Positions 26,069-38,683 of a stretch of 64,000 nucleotides of DNA are shown here, one piece after another. The stretch's first letter is position 1. Every line of letters begins with the position of its first letter. The notes beneath the pieces are model-generated. The model was not told the origin of the DNA, searched no databases, and saw only the letters and a list, made by a program, of their open reading frames with translations. The DNA is from Felis catus (lineage: Eukaryota), in assembly GCF_018350175.1 (NCBI RefSeq), contig NC_058379.1, forward strand, positions 76,694,001-76,758,000. The letters are read 5' to 3'. The translations under genes were made by a program, and so were the position numbers.

Positions 26069-26280
26069 TCTTTTAAAATTTTTTAAACGTTTATTTATTT
26101 TTGAGAGAGACAGAGCCAGCGCGGGGGAAGGACAGAGCCAGAGGGAGACACAGAATCCGAAGCAGGCTGTAGGCTCCGATCTGTCGGCAGAGCCCGATGT
26201 GGGGCTCGAACCCACGAACTGTAAGATCATCATCTGAGCCGAAGTCCGACACTTAACCAACTGAGCCACTCAGGCACCCC
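26069..26280 (-). mobile_element. CAN-SINE
   Basis: TSD tttggWgttctttt. Confidence 0.9.
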
Positions 26281-26311
26281 TTTGGTGTTCTTTTAAATTT
26301 TCTGATTTTTA

Positions 26312-26352
26312 TTTATTTTATTTATTTAAACATTTTTATTTATTTTTGAGAT
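26312..26352 (-). mobile_element. Tail-only (extremely 5'-truncated) SINE insertion
   Basis: 41 nt matching the SINE 3' end (ctcaaaaataaataaa...) between perfect 16-bp repeats aattttctgattttta. Confidence 0.6.
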
Positions 26353-26789
26353 AATTTTCTGATTTTTAAATCAGAATTGTCTGATTTTTGAAATTAACTC
26401 ACATCTTTGCTTTAGCAGGTATTGAAGTCATTCTCAAATAGTGACACACAGGAAAGGATGATTTCACTTTAAGCAATTCCGACTTTTTACATAGTTTTAA
26501 AGTAGGCAATTGAGTAGCATTTCCCGCTTTAACTTTATATCCCCCTTTTCCCTTTCCTTGCTAAATAATTTCCTAAACTTGTAGCATCATCAAAATAAAA
26601 TGCTACAAATTGCAAAGGAATAAATAACTGATACTGGGAAGAAAGGAAATTCTTCCAGTGAGGGGTACTGTATTCCACTATGGAATAGACAGCATTCATA
26701 GAGAAAATGAATTATAACGCATTTTTAGCTTCACACTTTGAAGGATCAGAACTTCAGCACTCTGTTTTCTTTAAGAAAGGAATTTCCAG

Positions 26790-26996
26790 GGGGCGCCTGG
26801 GTGGTTCAGTAGGTTACGCGTCCGACTCTTGATTTCGGCTCAGGTCAAGATCTCACAGTTTCTGTGTTGGAACCCCGCACTGGGCTCTGTGCTGACAGCG
26901 TGGAGCCTGCTTGGGATTCTCCCTTTCCCTCTCTCTCTGCCCCTCGCCCCCATCCTTGGACACACGTGTGTGCTTGCTGTCTTTCAAAAATAAATG
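26790..26996 (+). mobile_element. CAN-SINE
   Basis: TSD agaaaggRatttccagg. Confidence 0.9.
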
Positions 26997-27043
26997 AGAA
27001 AGGGATTTCCAGGCTGACATTGTTAATATAGAAAAATTATTTT

Positions 27044-27262
27044 ATTAAAAAAATTTTTTTAACGTTCATTTATTTTTTGAGAGAGAGAGAGAGAATGCGA
27101 GTGGGTTAGGGGCAGAGAGAGAGGGAGACAGAGAATCCAAAGCAGGCTCCAGGCTTCGAGCTGTCGGCACAGAGCCCGACGTGGGGCTCGAACTCACGAG
27201 CTGTGAGATCATGACCCGAGCGGAAGTCGGACGCTCAACCGACTGAGCCACCCAGGCGCCCC
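27044..27262 (-). mobile_element. CAN-SINE
   Basis: TSD tagaaaaattatttt at 27029 and 27263. Confidence 0.93.
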
Positions 27263-27530
27263 TAGAAAAATTATTTTACATGGTACCTATATCCATGTTA
27301 ATAATGGGAAACAGGTATAGATCATCTCAAAAATATTTGTATTTGGCTTTGGAACTGAGAAAAACACACTTTGCAATATAATTTGGAGGTTGTTTAGAAG
27401 TTTTTAGCACTACAGAGAAGTTACTAGAGCAACTCATGACATGAAAAACACATTCAGAAAACATGAGAGAGGTTAAATTTTTTTTTCTTGTTCTGGAGCT
27501 AATTTCCTCTTTTCCTCTCTTCTGGACCTA

Positions 27531-27736
27531 ATTTTTTAAAGTTTATTTATTTATTTTGAGAGAGAGTGAGTGAGCAAGCAGGGGAGGGGCAGAGAGAGAG
27601 AGGGGGAGAGAGAGAACCCCAAGCAGGCTCCACATTGTCACTGCAGAACCCAACATGGGGCTTGAACTCGGGAACCGTGAGATCACAGCCTGAGCCAGAG
27701 TTGGACGCTCAACTGACTGAGCCACCCAGGTACCAC
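27531..27736 (-). mobile_element. Older CAN-SINE
   Basis: Diverged body with head at about 27735. Confidence 0.85.
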
Positions 27737-27947
27737 CCCCCCCCCCCCAGGACTAAATTTGTAATGATGCACCGTACAGCATTAGTTTTCAGATTGGTAA
27801 TAACCCCGAAAGAACAGGAACGGCACTTGAAAATATTTTTTTAAATGCAAAATTGACACATTTGCACTCAGGTATGCTTGGAGGTTTTTGTTTTTGTTTT
27901 GTGTTTGTGTGTGTGTGTTTATGTTTTGATAAGATTCTGTCAGGGGC

Positions 27948-28165
27948 GGGGCACCTGGGTGGCTCAGTCGGTTAAGCGGCCGACTTCCACTCAGGTCATG
28001 ATCTCGCAGTTCATGAGTTCGAGCCCCGCGTCGGGCTCTGTGCTGACCGCTCAGAGCCTGGAGCCTGCTTCCGATTCTGTGTCTCCCTCTCTCTCTGCCC
28101 CTCCCCCGTTCATGCTCTGTCTCTCTCTGTCTCAAAAATAAATAAATGTTAAAAAAATTAAAAAA
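27948..28165 (+). mobile_element. CAN-SINE
   Basis: TSD attctgtcaggggc at 27934 and 28166. Confidence 0.94.
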
Positions 28166-29869
28166 ATTCTGTCAGGGGCAGGGGAAAGAGTCTAAAGTTG
28201 TCGTGGGCAGTCTGCCCACGTTTCAGCAAAGGACTTACTTAAACAGAGTCAGGGGGGTTCAGACACCCACAGAGGAAAATGGCGTGCGTAAGTCATTTCT
28301 CTACTCATTTTGCGGTAACATTCTTCTCTGCCTTTGCCGTTTCTTAAGGTCTGCAGCCAACTGGCAGGAAACAAAAGCCAGAGGAAAGCTGTTGATGCTC
28401 TCAGTGGGACAGAAGAAATGGGAGCCACCAGGGACAAAAGTTAGGGAGAAAAATGTCAGTTTGAGAGGATTTTAAAATTGTTTATCTTCTTCTCAGTTGA
28501 AGACCTTGAGATTCATTCTCGGAGCTGTTAGGACTGTCCCTGTGAGATCGCGTTTTCATGTGACAGTCCCTGATAATTTGTATTCTACAAACACAAGGCC
28601 CTACTGTTTTTTCTGGGCACCTCCCCCTGAACAAAACCAGCCTCGGAAGCGGGCAGGTGAAGAAACCAGGAATCCAAAAACCCTCTCCGCTGAGAAGAAG
28701 ATGCTATTGAAAGGGACTGGTACTTCCTCACCACCTTAGGGGTAGAAAGCCCGAGAAACATGATGGCAGCTCCCCAGGTTACAGAGAGAGAGAGAGAGAG
28801 ATGGTCAGCAGACCTGATGACGTTGACCATGGTTATCACCAGGGACGCTTTCGTCCCCACGGTTCACGCCCTCGCCCAGCTTTCCCTCCGGCCTTTCTCT
28901 TGCTTCATTGTATCCTCTTGGGCATTTGTGGAGACTCTGAGGCTCGGATCTCAGAGTATACCAGACTGTCCCCACTAACAGGATGGCAAAGGAAGTGTGG
29001 CCGTGCCTCGAGGAGGTTATACGGACTGTGAGGGCCTGACATCGGGTGGAAATATTAAGAACGTCCGTATCGAAGAGAACAGCTTGAGAGTCCGTTGAAG
29101 AGATGGGCCTATTGTGTTCCCTCTGTACCCCCCCCCCCCAAAAAGAAACCCAGCACTGCGCATGGGCAGCACATCAGAGGTCATTTTCAGTATAATAATG
29201 AGAAAGGCTGATGTGAGCGCTTTTGTTTACTTTTAAATTTGCATGTTTAAGTGATCCGGAAAATGATGCATGTTTATTGTGGAAATCTCAGTGCAACTGC
29301 AAGAGGCAGGAAATAAAAGCCCTTTTTGTTGGGCCTCCCGAACCCCGCCCCCACGACGGACCAACTGTGGCAGTTTGAGCATAGCAACCGCCCCTCCTCC
29401 CACCCTGTGAAATTTTTTGTGCGTGTGTGTCACAGGGGGGCACAGATTCACGCTGTGCGGTTGTATTAACTGTAAAGTGCACAGTGCACTGTGGAAAGGT
29501 TTGCAGCTCGTCCTGTGTATCTCTGTCGATCTTTTCTGCAGCCAGGTGGAGTTTGCGAATGCTGGAAAGATAAAGATGATGCTGTGCTCAAGGGCAGATC
29601 CCGCCCCCCCCCCCCCCCCTCAGGCCCCAGTGCAGACAGGACTTGGCTTGAAACATGACCTCCTAGGTCCTTTGGGCCCAGGTGACTTCAGTGGCCTTGA
29701 TTGCCGCAGGTGAACATGTGCAGCTCTGACCTTGAGTCTTTGGTTACTTTTTGAGCTCCTAAGTGTTCCACGCACTCAGGAGAAGAACTTAGTTAGGGTC
29801 CCTGCTTGCTCGGATTCCATGCCTTCCACCTGTTGAGTCTTGGGCCAGCTGCAGAGGAAGCCACTTTGG

Positions 29870-30096
29870 TTTTTTTTTTTAATTTTTTTTTTCAACTTTT
29901 ATTTATTTTTGGGACAGAGAGAGACAGAGCATGAACGGGGGAGGGGCAGAGAGAGAGGGAGACACAGAATCGGAAACAGGCTCCAGGCTCTGAGCCATCA
30001 GCCCAGAGCCTGACGCGGGGCTCAAACTCACGGACCGCGAGATCGTGACCTGAGCTGAAGTCGGACGCTTAACCGACTGCGCCACCCAGGCGCCCC
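29870..30096 (-). mobile_element. Young CAN-SINE (SINEC_Fc-like)
   Basis: Perfect TSD agaggaagccactttg at 29853 and 30097. Confidence 0.95.
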
Positions 30097-30754
30097 AGAG
30101 GAAGCCACTTTGAAGGATGTCCCCCTGTCCTTCGTGCCGGGACCCCCCCCCCCCCCCGCCCCTGCCATGGGAGACCTGGCCAGAGGAAGCTTACTGCGTG
30201 ACCGTGCTCCTCGTTATAAATAACGCTCCAGATGGAGGTCGCCTGTACCGTGCCAGCCATCCTTGGTTCCAGCAGGTGCCCAGACAGGTGTGCTTATGTT
30301 GGGAGTGGGCCCGTATCGGCGGCAGCGTCTTACGGCGCGCTCTAGGCCGGTGGGTGCCATCGCCTGTGCCCTGAGCCACGGCTCCTCACCTGCCGGACGC
30401 CCCCTCGCTGGCAGCTCTTGCTCCATCCAGCACCTTCTCCAGGTGACCGCTTGCGTGGAGTCTCTCTACTGCGCTCAGGGGCCTGTTACCCACAGCTGGC
30501 TGTTCCTGGTACCTGCGGGCATCCTTTAAGATCACTCCTTCAGTTTTGCTTAGGCTCACTTAGGCTCGCCAAAGCATCTTTTAATCTAAAAATTTGTGTG
30601 TTGTGTTTTGTTTTTTGTTTTTTTTTTTTTGAAAAATATTTTACTTCCACCCTTAGCCCTTTTCACTCCTGTCAACTTCCGATGTCAAGAGAAATCCCAA
30701 GTTCATTTATAGAAGGACATTCGCTGTAAAAGCAGCAACAGCTGCCTAAAGGAG

Positions 30755-30822
30755 GTAGGTCTGTGTGTCGCGGCCTCCAGGATCGCGTGTAGGTCTGTGT
30801 GTCGCGGCCTCCAGGATCGTGT
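30755..30822. repeat. 34-bp tandem duplication
   Basis: gtaggtctgtgtgtcgcggcctccaggatcgYgt x2, with one CpG-type mismatch. Confidence 0.9.
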
Positions 30823-31567
30823 GTCAGGAGGAGGCGTGTCCCCGTTGTCTCAGGAGCTGCCATATTGTGGAGTGGCCTCCTGTGGGAAGGAGGGCCTGAG
30901 GTGTCCTAGCTGGCTCCCCTTCTCACAGGGCTTTCCTGCTCTTGGTTTCTCACTCGCAGCCTTCTAGGGGGGTTTTGAATATGGAGCTGAGGGCCTTGCT
31001 GGAGGTGTTGCCAGGATGATCTTGGGCCCATGGGGTGGTGGTTCAAGAAGTTTCCTAGAGGAGCTGGGTCAGTTTTTAAAGTGCCTCTGGAGGAGTGACA
31101 TAGTGTATTCCAGAAACGTTTTTCGTGGAGTCTTTTTTTTTTTTTTTTTTTTTTTGAGTACAAGAAGGTGTTCTTTGGCCAAGCCCTGCTCACCCTTCTC
31201 CCGAAGGGCACCTTGCTGGAGAGACAGGGCTGGGTTCCATGTTTGCTTACGGTTTATTTAGTGCCGTTGGTGCCAATCACTGGTTGCCCTTAGTGGTGGC
31301 CGTTGTTCTCAAGGTACTTGCATTAGAGGGCAGTGTGGGGGTTCAGCGAGGAGCACAGGTTCATGGGAGATGCCCCCGGAAAGGTTAGGGAGGCCTTGAC
31401 TGTGACAGGACGTGGGGTGAGATCAGACGCATCTGTGGCCCAGATGAGGCTTCCTTCCCTGTGAGTTTCTGCTACTGAGCTCGGAGTGAGCAAGGGTCTC
31501 TGGAACCAGATTTCAAAAAGCGCCTAGTATCTTTCCTACAACCAACATGTTAAAACTGACAGTGTCC

Positions 31568-31672
31568 GGGGTACCTGGCTGGCTCGATCGGGGGGCCATG
31601 CGACTATTGACATCGGGGCTGTGAGCTCGAGCTCCACATTGGGTGCAGAGATTACTTAATAAAAATTAAAAA
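31568..31672 (+). mobile_element. Short old CAN-SINE
   Basis: ggggtacctggctggctc...gcagagattactt plus A tail. TSD acagtgtcc. Confidence 0.8.
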
Positions 31673-31699
31673 GGAACAGTGTCCACGAACCTCAAGAGT

Positions 31700-32450
31700 T
31701 TTTAAAAAAAGTTTACAGTCTCGTCTCGACAAAAAAATGAGCGAAGGTAGGAATAACCAGATTGATAAATTTGTCTCAAAAGATGTAGGCATGGCAGAAA
31801 ACATGCCCTGAAGTTCAAAAGGGGGCATACTGGGGGAAATGCCAGTTTCTATCACAGAGAAAGAGCTAATTTCCTTAATGTGTAATGATCTCCTACAAAT
31901 CAATAGAAAGACCAATAAGCTGATTGAAAAATGATCAGAGGGTACAGGTAGTTCAGGGAGAAGGGAATATCAGTGACGAAACGTGGCAACAGTTAACCTC
32001 ACTGATAATAAAAGAAACAGCAAATTAGAAAACCCACTGAAATACCATTTTCAAAGATCATGTTGCCAAAGATTAAATTTTTAACAGCACATGTAGTCAG
32101 TAAATAATACCGTAATGACATATGTGGTGATGGATGGAAGTACACGGATGATGGTGAGCTCTGAGTACCGTATAAAGATGTTGGATCGCTGTGTTATCCA
32201 CCTGAAACTAACCCAACACTGTGTGTCAACTTCAATTTGAAAAAATTCAATAGCGCGGTACGTGGACAGGGATGTGAGCAAATGGCTAGCTTTAAACCAT
32301 TAGAGGACATGTGGGTGGTCGAGCCTCTAGCAGTTTAGGAAAATGTATCAACATGACCGATGCCTGTCACCCAGAGACCAGCCTTCCCGATTCTGTCCAT
32401 TTCTGCAACAGACACACATGCACCTGTGTGAAGTGAAAGGCATACAGAAT
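31700..32450 (+). mobile_element. Old L1 fragments, including an L1 3' end at about 32100-32245
   Basis: ctcctacaaatcaatagaaagac..., and cacctgaaactaacccaacactgtgtgtcaact plus A-tail. Confidence 0.6.
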
Positions 32451-33923
32451 AGGCGTTCCCCGCTGATGCAGTCAGAAAAGATGCGGAGTAACAGAAACGT
32501 TCCTGACACCAGCTGGATCCTGGGCTGGGACAACAGCATTGATTCTGTTCCTCCCGCCTTCTCTCTCCCCTCCGCTGCTTGTTCTATTCCCAGCCAGGTT
32601 TTCTGTTTGATGGCCGCCTTGAGTTTTCGTTCTCAGCAGAGAGAGGACGACCCTGGGCAAAGTTTGGGGCTTGCCTTTTATTGGGTCACCCCTGACCTGT
32701 GGACAGGGGAATGGAATGTCCTCGTTGTTGACCGGTAGCGTTGACCGGTCGCAACTCTCTCATTTACATTAAAAGACAAGCTCCAGCTCTGTGACTCACC
32801 GCCCCTCCCGCCTGCCTTTCCGCTTGAGGTTCCCCAGTAGAACTTTGTCCCGCGTTAACCACCATTTTCAAAGGAAGCAGCGGAGTTTGAGACCTACTGT
32901 GTTTTTGAGACGCTGCAGTTTTGTATGTTAAGGTGAAATCATAATCACCACATCAGTCTCAGGAGGTGTTATCTGCCCCCCCCCCCCGCCCCGCCCCGCC
33001 ATGAGAAACACTGAGGATCAGAAGGGGTGAGGCCCCTTGCCTGAGGGCACAGCGGGTAAATGGCGGAGCTGGGGCTGGACCAGAGTGTGCTGGTAGAGAT
33101 GGCCTCCCTGCCTGGGAAGCATCTGGGGGTGGGGGGGGGCAGTGTTTACAGCCCCCTGCCCCTGGTGACTGGAATGAGCAGCCAGAGCTGGGACCCATTG
33201 GTTCACACCACCAGAAAACGATGACGTTGCACGAATGGTTTTCATGCAGTAAAAGGCTCCGATCCCTGGTGCTCTCCCTCCAAGCTGAGAAGTCTCACTC
33301 ACACTGCCAGGCTTGTCTTCACGCAAGAGCCTGATCTCTGAGATCAGCTTGGGAAGAATTGAAGCAGCAGACAGTGGCCAGGGTCCCACCCCCCACCCCC
33401 CATGTAGGAAGGACGGGCAGAGCGCCTGGTGCCTTCAGGGTTCTAGAAAGCACCCCATTCCCTGTCTCTGGCTGATGGGCCTTCATTGGTCAGCAGTAGT
33501 TGGTTTCCCATGAGGTGGCTCTAGAAGGGCCTGAGACCCCAGGAGGAACTTTGGGACTGGTTTGTTTTCATCTTCTGCCCATTGGCTTTTTGCGCGCATT
33601 CCTCAGAAGAGTTGCCCCACCAGATTGGGGAGCTGGGGGCGGTGGGGGCAGGAACGAAGCAGAGAGCTGCACAAGCGGTAGGGGGCTTGAGAAAGGAGGG
33701 TTAGGAAGGAAGAAACGTCCTCTCTTCAGGTTCTTGGAAATCAGAAAAGGAATAAATAAGAAATTCAACATTAAAAACCTGTGATTAGGATCTGGGTTCC
33801 GTCACTTCATTACAAATGAACATTGTACTTCGTATTTTCCGTAGCAGAGTAACGTACAGAAGGCGGGACCACTTTTGTTTTCCTTCGTGTGTGCCATGAG
33901 ATTTCTGTGTTCTCTTAAGTACA

Positions 33924-34146
33924 TTTTTTTTTAATTTTTTTTTTTAACGTTTATTTATTTTTGAGACAGAGAGAGAGCATGAACGGGGGAGGGGCAGAGA
34001 GAGAGAGGGAGACACAGAATCAGAAGCAGGCTCCAGGCTCCGAGCCATCAGCCCAGAGCCCGACGCGGGGCTCGAACTCACGGACCGCGAGATCGTGACC
34101 TGAGCTGAAGTCGGACGCTTAACCGACTGAGCCACCCAGGCGCCCC
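33924..34146 (-). mobile_element. Young CAN-SINE
   Basis: TSD tcttaagtaca at 33913 and 34147. Confidence 0.95.
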
Positions 34147-36917
34147 TCTTAAGTACACTTTAAGATTAGTTATGAAAGTCACATCACCAGACACTTGAGC
34201 TAGAAATGTACGTTAGTGATATTCAGAGATGATGAAACGCTCTGTAAGCAGAATTCTGCTCTGAAGCAGAATTTCTGTTCTGGAAGCAGAGAGGGAAACC
34301 ACATTAGCATATCAGAAAACCCTCTCTCCCTGCACCCCAACGTGTGACTCGTTGATCTTTGGTCTGAGTTCTGGCAGAGAGAATAGGAAGGGGATGTTTC
34401 AGGGCAGCCGCGTTGCTGCTTTCTAAAGAGTTGGGTGTGTGTGTGAGGCCTGCTTGATTTCTTGGGTGCATCTTTGCTACTCCTTTAATCCAGAGAGAGC
34501 TGCATAGTAGGGATTTTAAGATGTCTTCTGAGGGATAAAAGATGGGTCCTTGGCGATGAGCTAGTTCAAAATAAAAAGAGTGGGACAAAGAGCCATTGGC
34601 GGGGGGGAGGGGGGGTTATGGTCCAACCAGAACTAGGACCTGCATCCAATGGGCAGGCCAACCCAGGGGGCGAATAGTATCTCCTCTCCGCATCAGTCTT
34701 CACTAACCTGATCCCATAGTCTTCTCTTGACCTTCCAAGCAATCACACTTCTGGACAGGGTGCTGGACAGGCTTACTGACCTCCTGCACTTTGTTGTGAA
34801 TGTTGGAAGTTGAGTTAATGCACACTTAAGCCTGTACTGTGGATAGCAATCTGTATTTATTATTCCCCAACTTATCTGTATTTATTTACCTCTATTTGTT
34901 GTTAGTGTTGAGAATAGGTTAATTCATTCATTGTCCTTCTAATGAAAACAGCGGCATGGTCTAATAGTCTGCCTGCCGCTCTGTTGTGGCCAGATAGAAG
35001 CGGGGAGTTAAGTTATTTCTCCGCACTGCTCTCCTGCATCAGAAACCAAGCCCTGACCTTCTCTCCCAGGCCCCTTTGTTATACAGCAGGGATGCAAACA
35101 AAAGACTTTTCATGTCACCTGTCCAGGGCACCGGGGGAGGCGAAGGAAGCCCTCGCCAGGCTTTGCAATTCCCCTACAGCTCAGCTCAGAAAGCCTTTAT
35201 TCTCCTATGATATTTACTCAACACCTGACACCTCCTGGGAATTTTTAAAATTGTTCTCAGGAAAGAAACCATTCTGCTTGCAGGTGCCTATTTTTAGACT
35301 TTATAAAGCCTTTCTCTCTGCCTAGCCTGCTGTTTGAAAGGCACCAGGCTCTTTTGTCTTGAAAAGTTCAGCACCCTCCAGCTAGTTCCCCACCCGAGCC
35401 GCAAACCCTGGAATGCTCTGGGATGTGTCTCTCCCTCCATTCTGACCAACACCAAAACCACAGGTTTGACCTTTACACCGGTGTCGTTGAAATTATACAA
35501 CCAGGGGAAGAAAGCTACTTCTAAGCATTGAACCTCAGAGCAGACAATGAATCGGTATGTCTATCAGTATGATAGGAACTGCCTATCAGCGCTGGACACA
35601 TTGAACCTGTCAGCCGGACTGGTTTGAGTTTTGGGCCCTGCAGTTGGCTGGCCAAGTTCAGGACAGGTATACCTGAACCTGATGCTTACTCGCTTCAGGC
35701 AATAGGAGCTATCAAGCCCTGGCCAGGGTCTTGACCACGTTCTGGTCAGCCTGGGGTGATCTCTTTGGCCAGGGTTTTTGGCTTTTTTCTTTACATCAAC
35801 CCCATAGGTCGTAACTAATGGTGACTGTGTGACTTTCAAGGCAGCGATAATTCAGCGCGAAGCCGGCAACCCAGGGGAAGCGGGAGGGGCAGTTTTCCAT
35901 CTTCTCTTTCCTTGGCCTTTTCCAGTTTCCTCATCTTTGTGCTGTCCTTGCTTTCTGCCTCCCTCTCTGTCCTTATGGGCCACGCAAGAGAACGGAACGA
36001 TCTTGAATTTGATCGTGTGCATTAGAACTGCCGTAGGTGACTGTCAGCCTTCTGTGACCCTCTCAAGTGACCTCAAGGTGACACCAGAAACAAGAAGAGC
36101 CAGAAAACCGGCGAAGCAGAAACATGCAGGCAATACTTTGGAACAATCAGATAATGATAGAAAAGTATTAAGATCACCTGAGGGTCTTTCACATGCCTGT
36201 GTGGAAATCAGTAAACCTCAATATTTACAACCAAATTATACCTTGTAACATGCAAATATTTGGAGACCTGCTCACAAGCACGTATACCTGTTTCCGCCTT
36301 TTGCGTGTGTAATCAGCCTTCAGAGCAGTTCTCAGGGCAATCTGAAATACTGTCTCCGGGGCCACGGTCCTCAGGAAGACCACGAATAAAGCATTTACTC
36401 ACCTACTTTGAGGTTGGCTTTCTTTTGGTCGATAATAGGACTTATTGAAAGCTTGGATTCAAGCTATTAAATTGAAAGCAGATGCATGAATATTTCATAG
36501 GGAATTCTCTAAAAACTGCAATAAAACCAACTAAGTGTTCATTTAGGCAAAACTATCCTAAAATTGGGAAAAAGAAGAACGTATACACATAGGAAAGGTT
36601 GGTTGAAATGGGCTCACAACAAAATATTAACACCGTATCGGGGTGGTAGGTTTTTTTTTTATATTTTACTATCGGGGTAATTTTTTTTATATTCTCTAAA
36701 TTTTTCTGAGTAAGTGTATTATTGAATGTTATCAGCCATAGAGAAAAGTGTACATGCCTGATGATCTAGCTAACATACTTCATTAGGAACTCCTCCTAAG
36801 GAAATAGGAATGTAGTATATCCTTAGATATATATTCTAAGGATACATATGTATAATGCATGTGTTTTATAAAATACACTTTACATATATATATCCAAAGA
36901 GTTGGCTATAAGGAAGA

Positions 36918-37685
36918 TGTCAAGGAGCAAAAACTTCATGTCCCCTTCAAGGTCCTTGTGGGCAGATGAAGAATCGAGTTGACACGAGACCGGTTAATAG
37001 GAGAAAATCAAATTTAGTAGCATACTTACAGGGAGTTCACATGGACGTGGAAATTCCAAAGGCATTCAGGCTCAATGAGGTCTATGTGTCATTCTGAACT
37101 AAGGAGATAGGGGATAGGGGTCTGGGACTTCAAACGGAAGGAACGCCAACGAGATGAAAAAAAGTAAATGTTTGGTAAACATGTTTGCTGGGCATCTTAG
37201 AAACAGTGGGGCACAGGGATGCCAGGGTGGCTCAGTGGGTTAAGCCTCTGACTTCAGCTCAGGTCATGATCTCACGGTTTGTGAGTTCGAGCCCTGCATT
37301 GGGCTGTGTGCTGACAGCTCAGAGCCTGGAGCCTGCTTCAGATTATGTCACCCCCTCTCTCTCTGCTCCTCCCCCATTCACACACTCTCTCTCTCTCTCA
37401 AAAATAAATAAATATTTTAAAAAATTAAAAAAAAAAACAATGGGACACAGGATTTGATCAAATAGGCCTTGCTCCCTGTCTACCAAACCTCGTTCACAGA
37501 ATAATGTTATCTATGGTGATAGCTCTGTTCCTAGAGCAGGTCTTTTGTCTAAATTCTTTTTAGACAGGTATGGGGGGAGGTAAAGAACTTTTCCTGAATA
37601 TGTTGGGTTTTGGTTGCTTTTTAACTCAAAATAATCTTCATGTTAAAGTGCCATATTTTGGGGCAGTCTGCCCTTGGCCCCTACA
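36918..37685 (-). mobile_element. Solo ERV1-class LTR, MER34-like, interrupted by a SINE
   Basis: TG...CA termini. The reverse-complement start tgtaggggcc..gccccaaaatatggcactttaacatgaagattattttgagtt resembles recalled MER34-family 5' ends. Flanks aaga/aagc. Confidence 0.65.
37216..37437 (+). mobile_element. CAN-SINE inside the LTR
   Basis: TSD aaacaRtgggRcacagg. Confidence 0.9.
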
Positions 37686-37873
37686 AAGCATTGCCTATCA
37701 TAAGACAGCATTAAAACAATCTAAAATAGTTTATCTGTGGTAGGTCTCTAAAAAGGAATAGTAAGAAACCCTTAAAAATGATACAGATATGTGATGACAA
37801 GGAAGCATACCATTTAGTGAAAAAGTAGGTGGCAGGTTGATTTGTATAATTTGACCCCCCCCCCCCAGCACCC

Positions 37874-38048
37874 TTTTTTTTTTAAGAGAGCCTGTGTGTC
37901 AGCAGGGGAGGGGCAGAGGGAGAGAGAATCCCAAGCAGGTTCCACGCCCAGGAGCATGGAGCCCAATGCCGGCCGATCCCACAACCCTGGGATCACAACC
38001 TGAGCTGAAATCAAGAGTCGGAGGCTCAACCCACTGAGTCAAACGCCC
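37874..38048 (-). mobile_element. Older CAN-SINE
   Basis: Diverged body. Confidence 0.82.
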
Positions 38049-38064
38049 TTGATCCCATCTTTTT

Positions 38065-38277
38065 TTTTTTCTTCAATATTTATTTATTTATGAGAGAGAG
38101 GGAGACCTAGTATGAGTGGGGGAGGGGCAGAGAGACAGGGAGATTCAGAATCTGAAGCAGGTTCTAGGCTCTGAGCTGCCAGCACAGAGCCTGATGAGGG
38201 GCTCGAACTCATGAACCGTGAAATCATGACTTGAGCCAAAGTCAGGCGCTTAACTGACTGAGCCGCCTAGGTGCCCC
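38065..38277 (-). mobile_element. CAN-SINE
   Basis: TSD tgatcccatcttttt at 38050 and 38278. Confidence 0.9.
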
Positions 38278-38446
38278 TGATCCCATCTTTTTGTAAGAAA
38301 CCTAAAAATAAACAGAAATGTAGACAATCTGAAAGGGTGGTAACATGCTAATGTATATAGCATTAGAGAAAGGGATTCCTAGGTGTAGGTTTTCTTCCTT
38401 TGCCTGTGTTTGTATGTATAATTTTCCCGTAAAGAATCTACATTGC

Positions 38447-38683
38447 AGAGCACCTGTGTGGCTCAGTATGTTAAGCATCTGACTCCTGATTTCGGCTCAG
38501 GTCATGATCTCACAGTTCATGGGTTCAAGCCCCACATCGGGCTCTGCACAGACAGCATGGAGCCTGCTTGGGATTCCCTATCTCCCTCTTTCTCTGCCCT
38601 CTCCCGCACGCTCTCTCCCTCTCTCCCTCTCTCCCTCTCTCCCTCTCTCTCTCTCTCTCAAAATAAATGAACTGAAAAAAAAA
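38447..38683 (+). mobile_element. CAN-SINE
   Basis: TSD aatcKacattgc. Expanded CT region. Confidence 0.88.
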
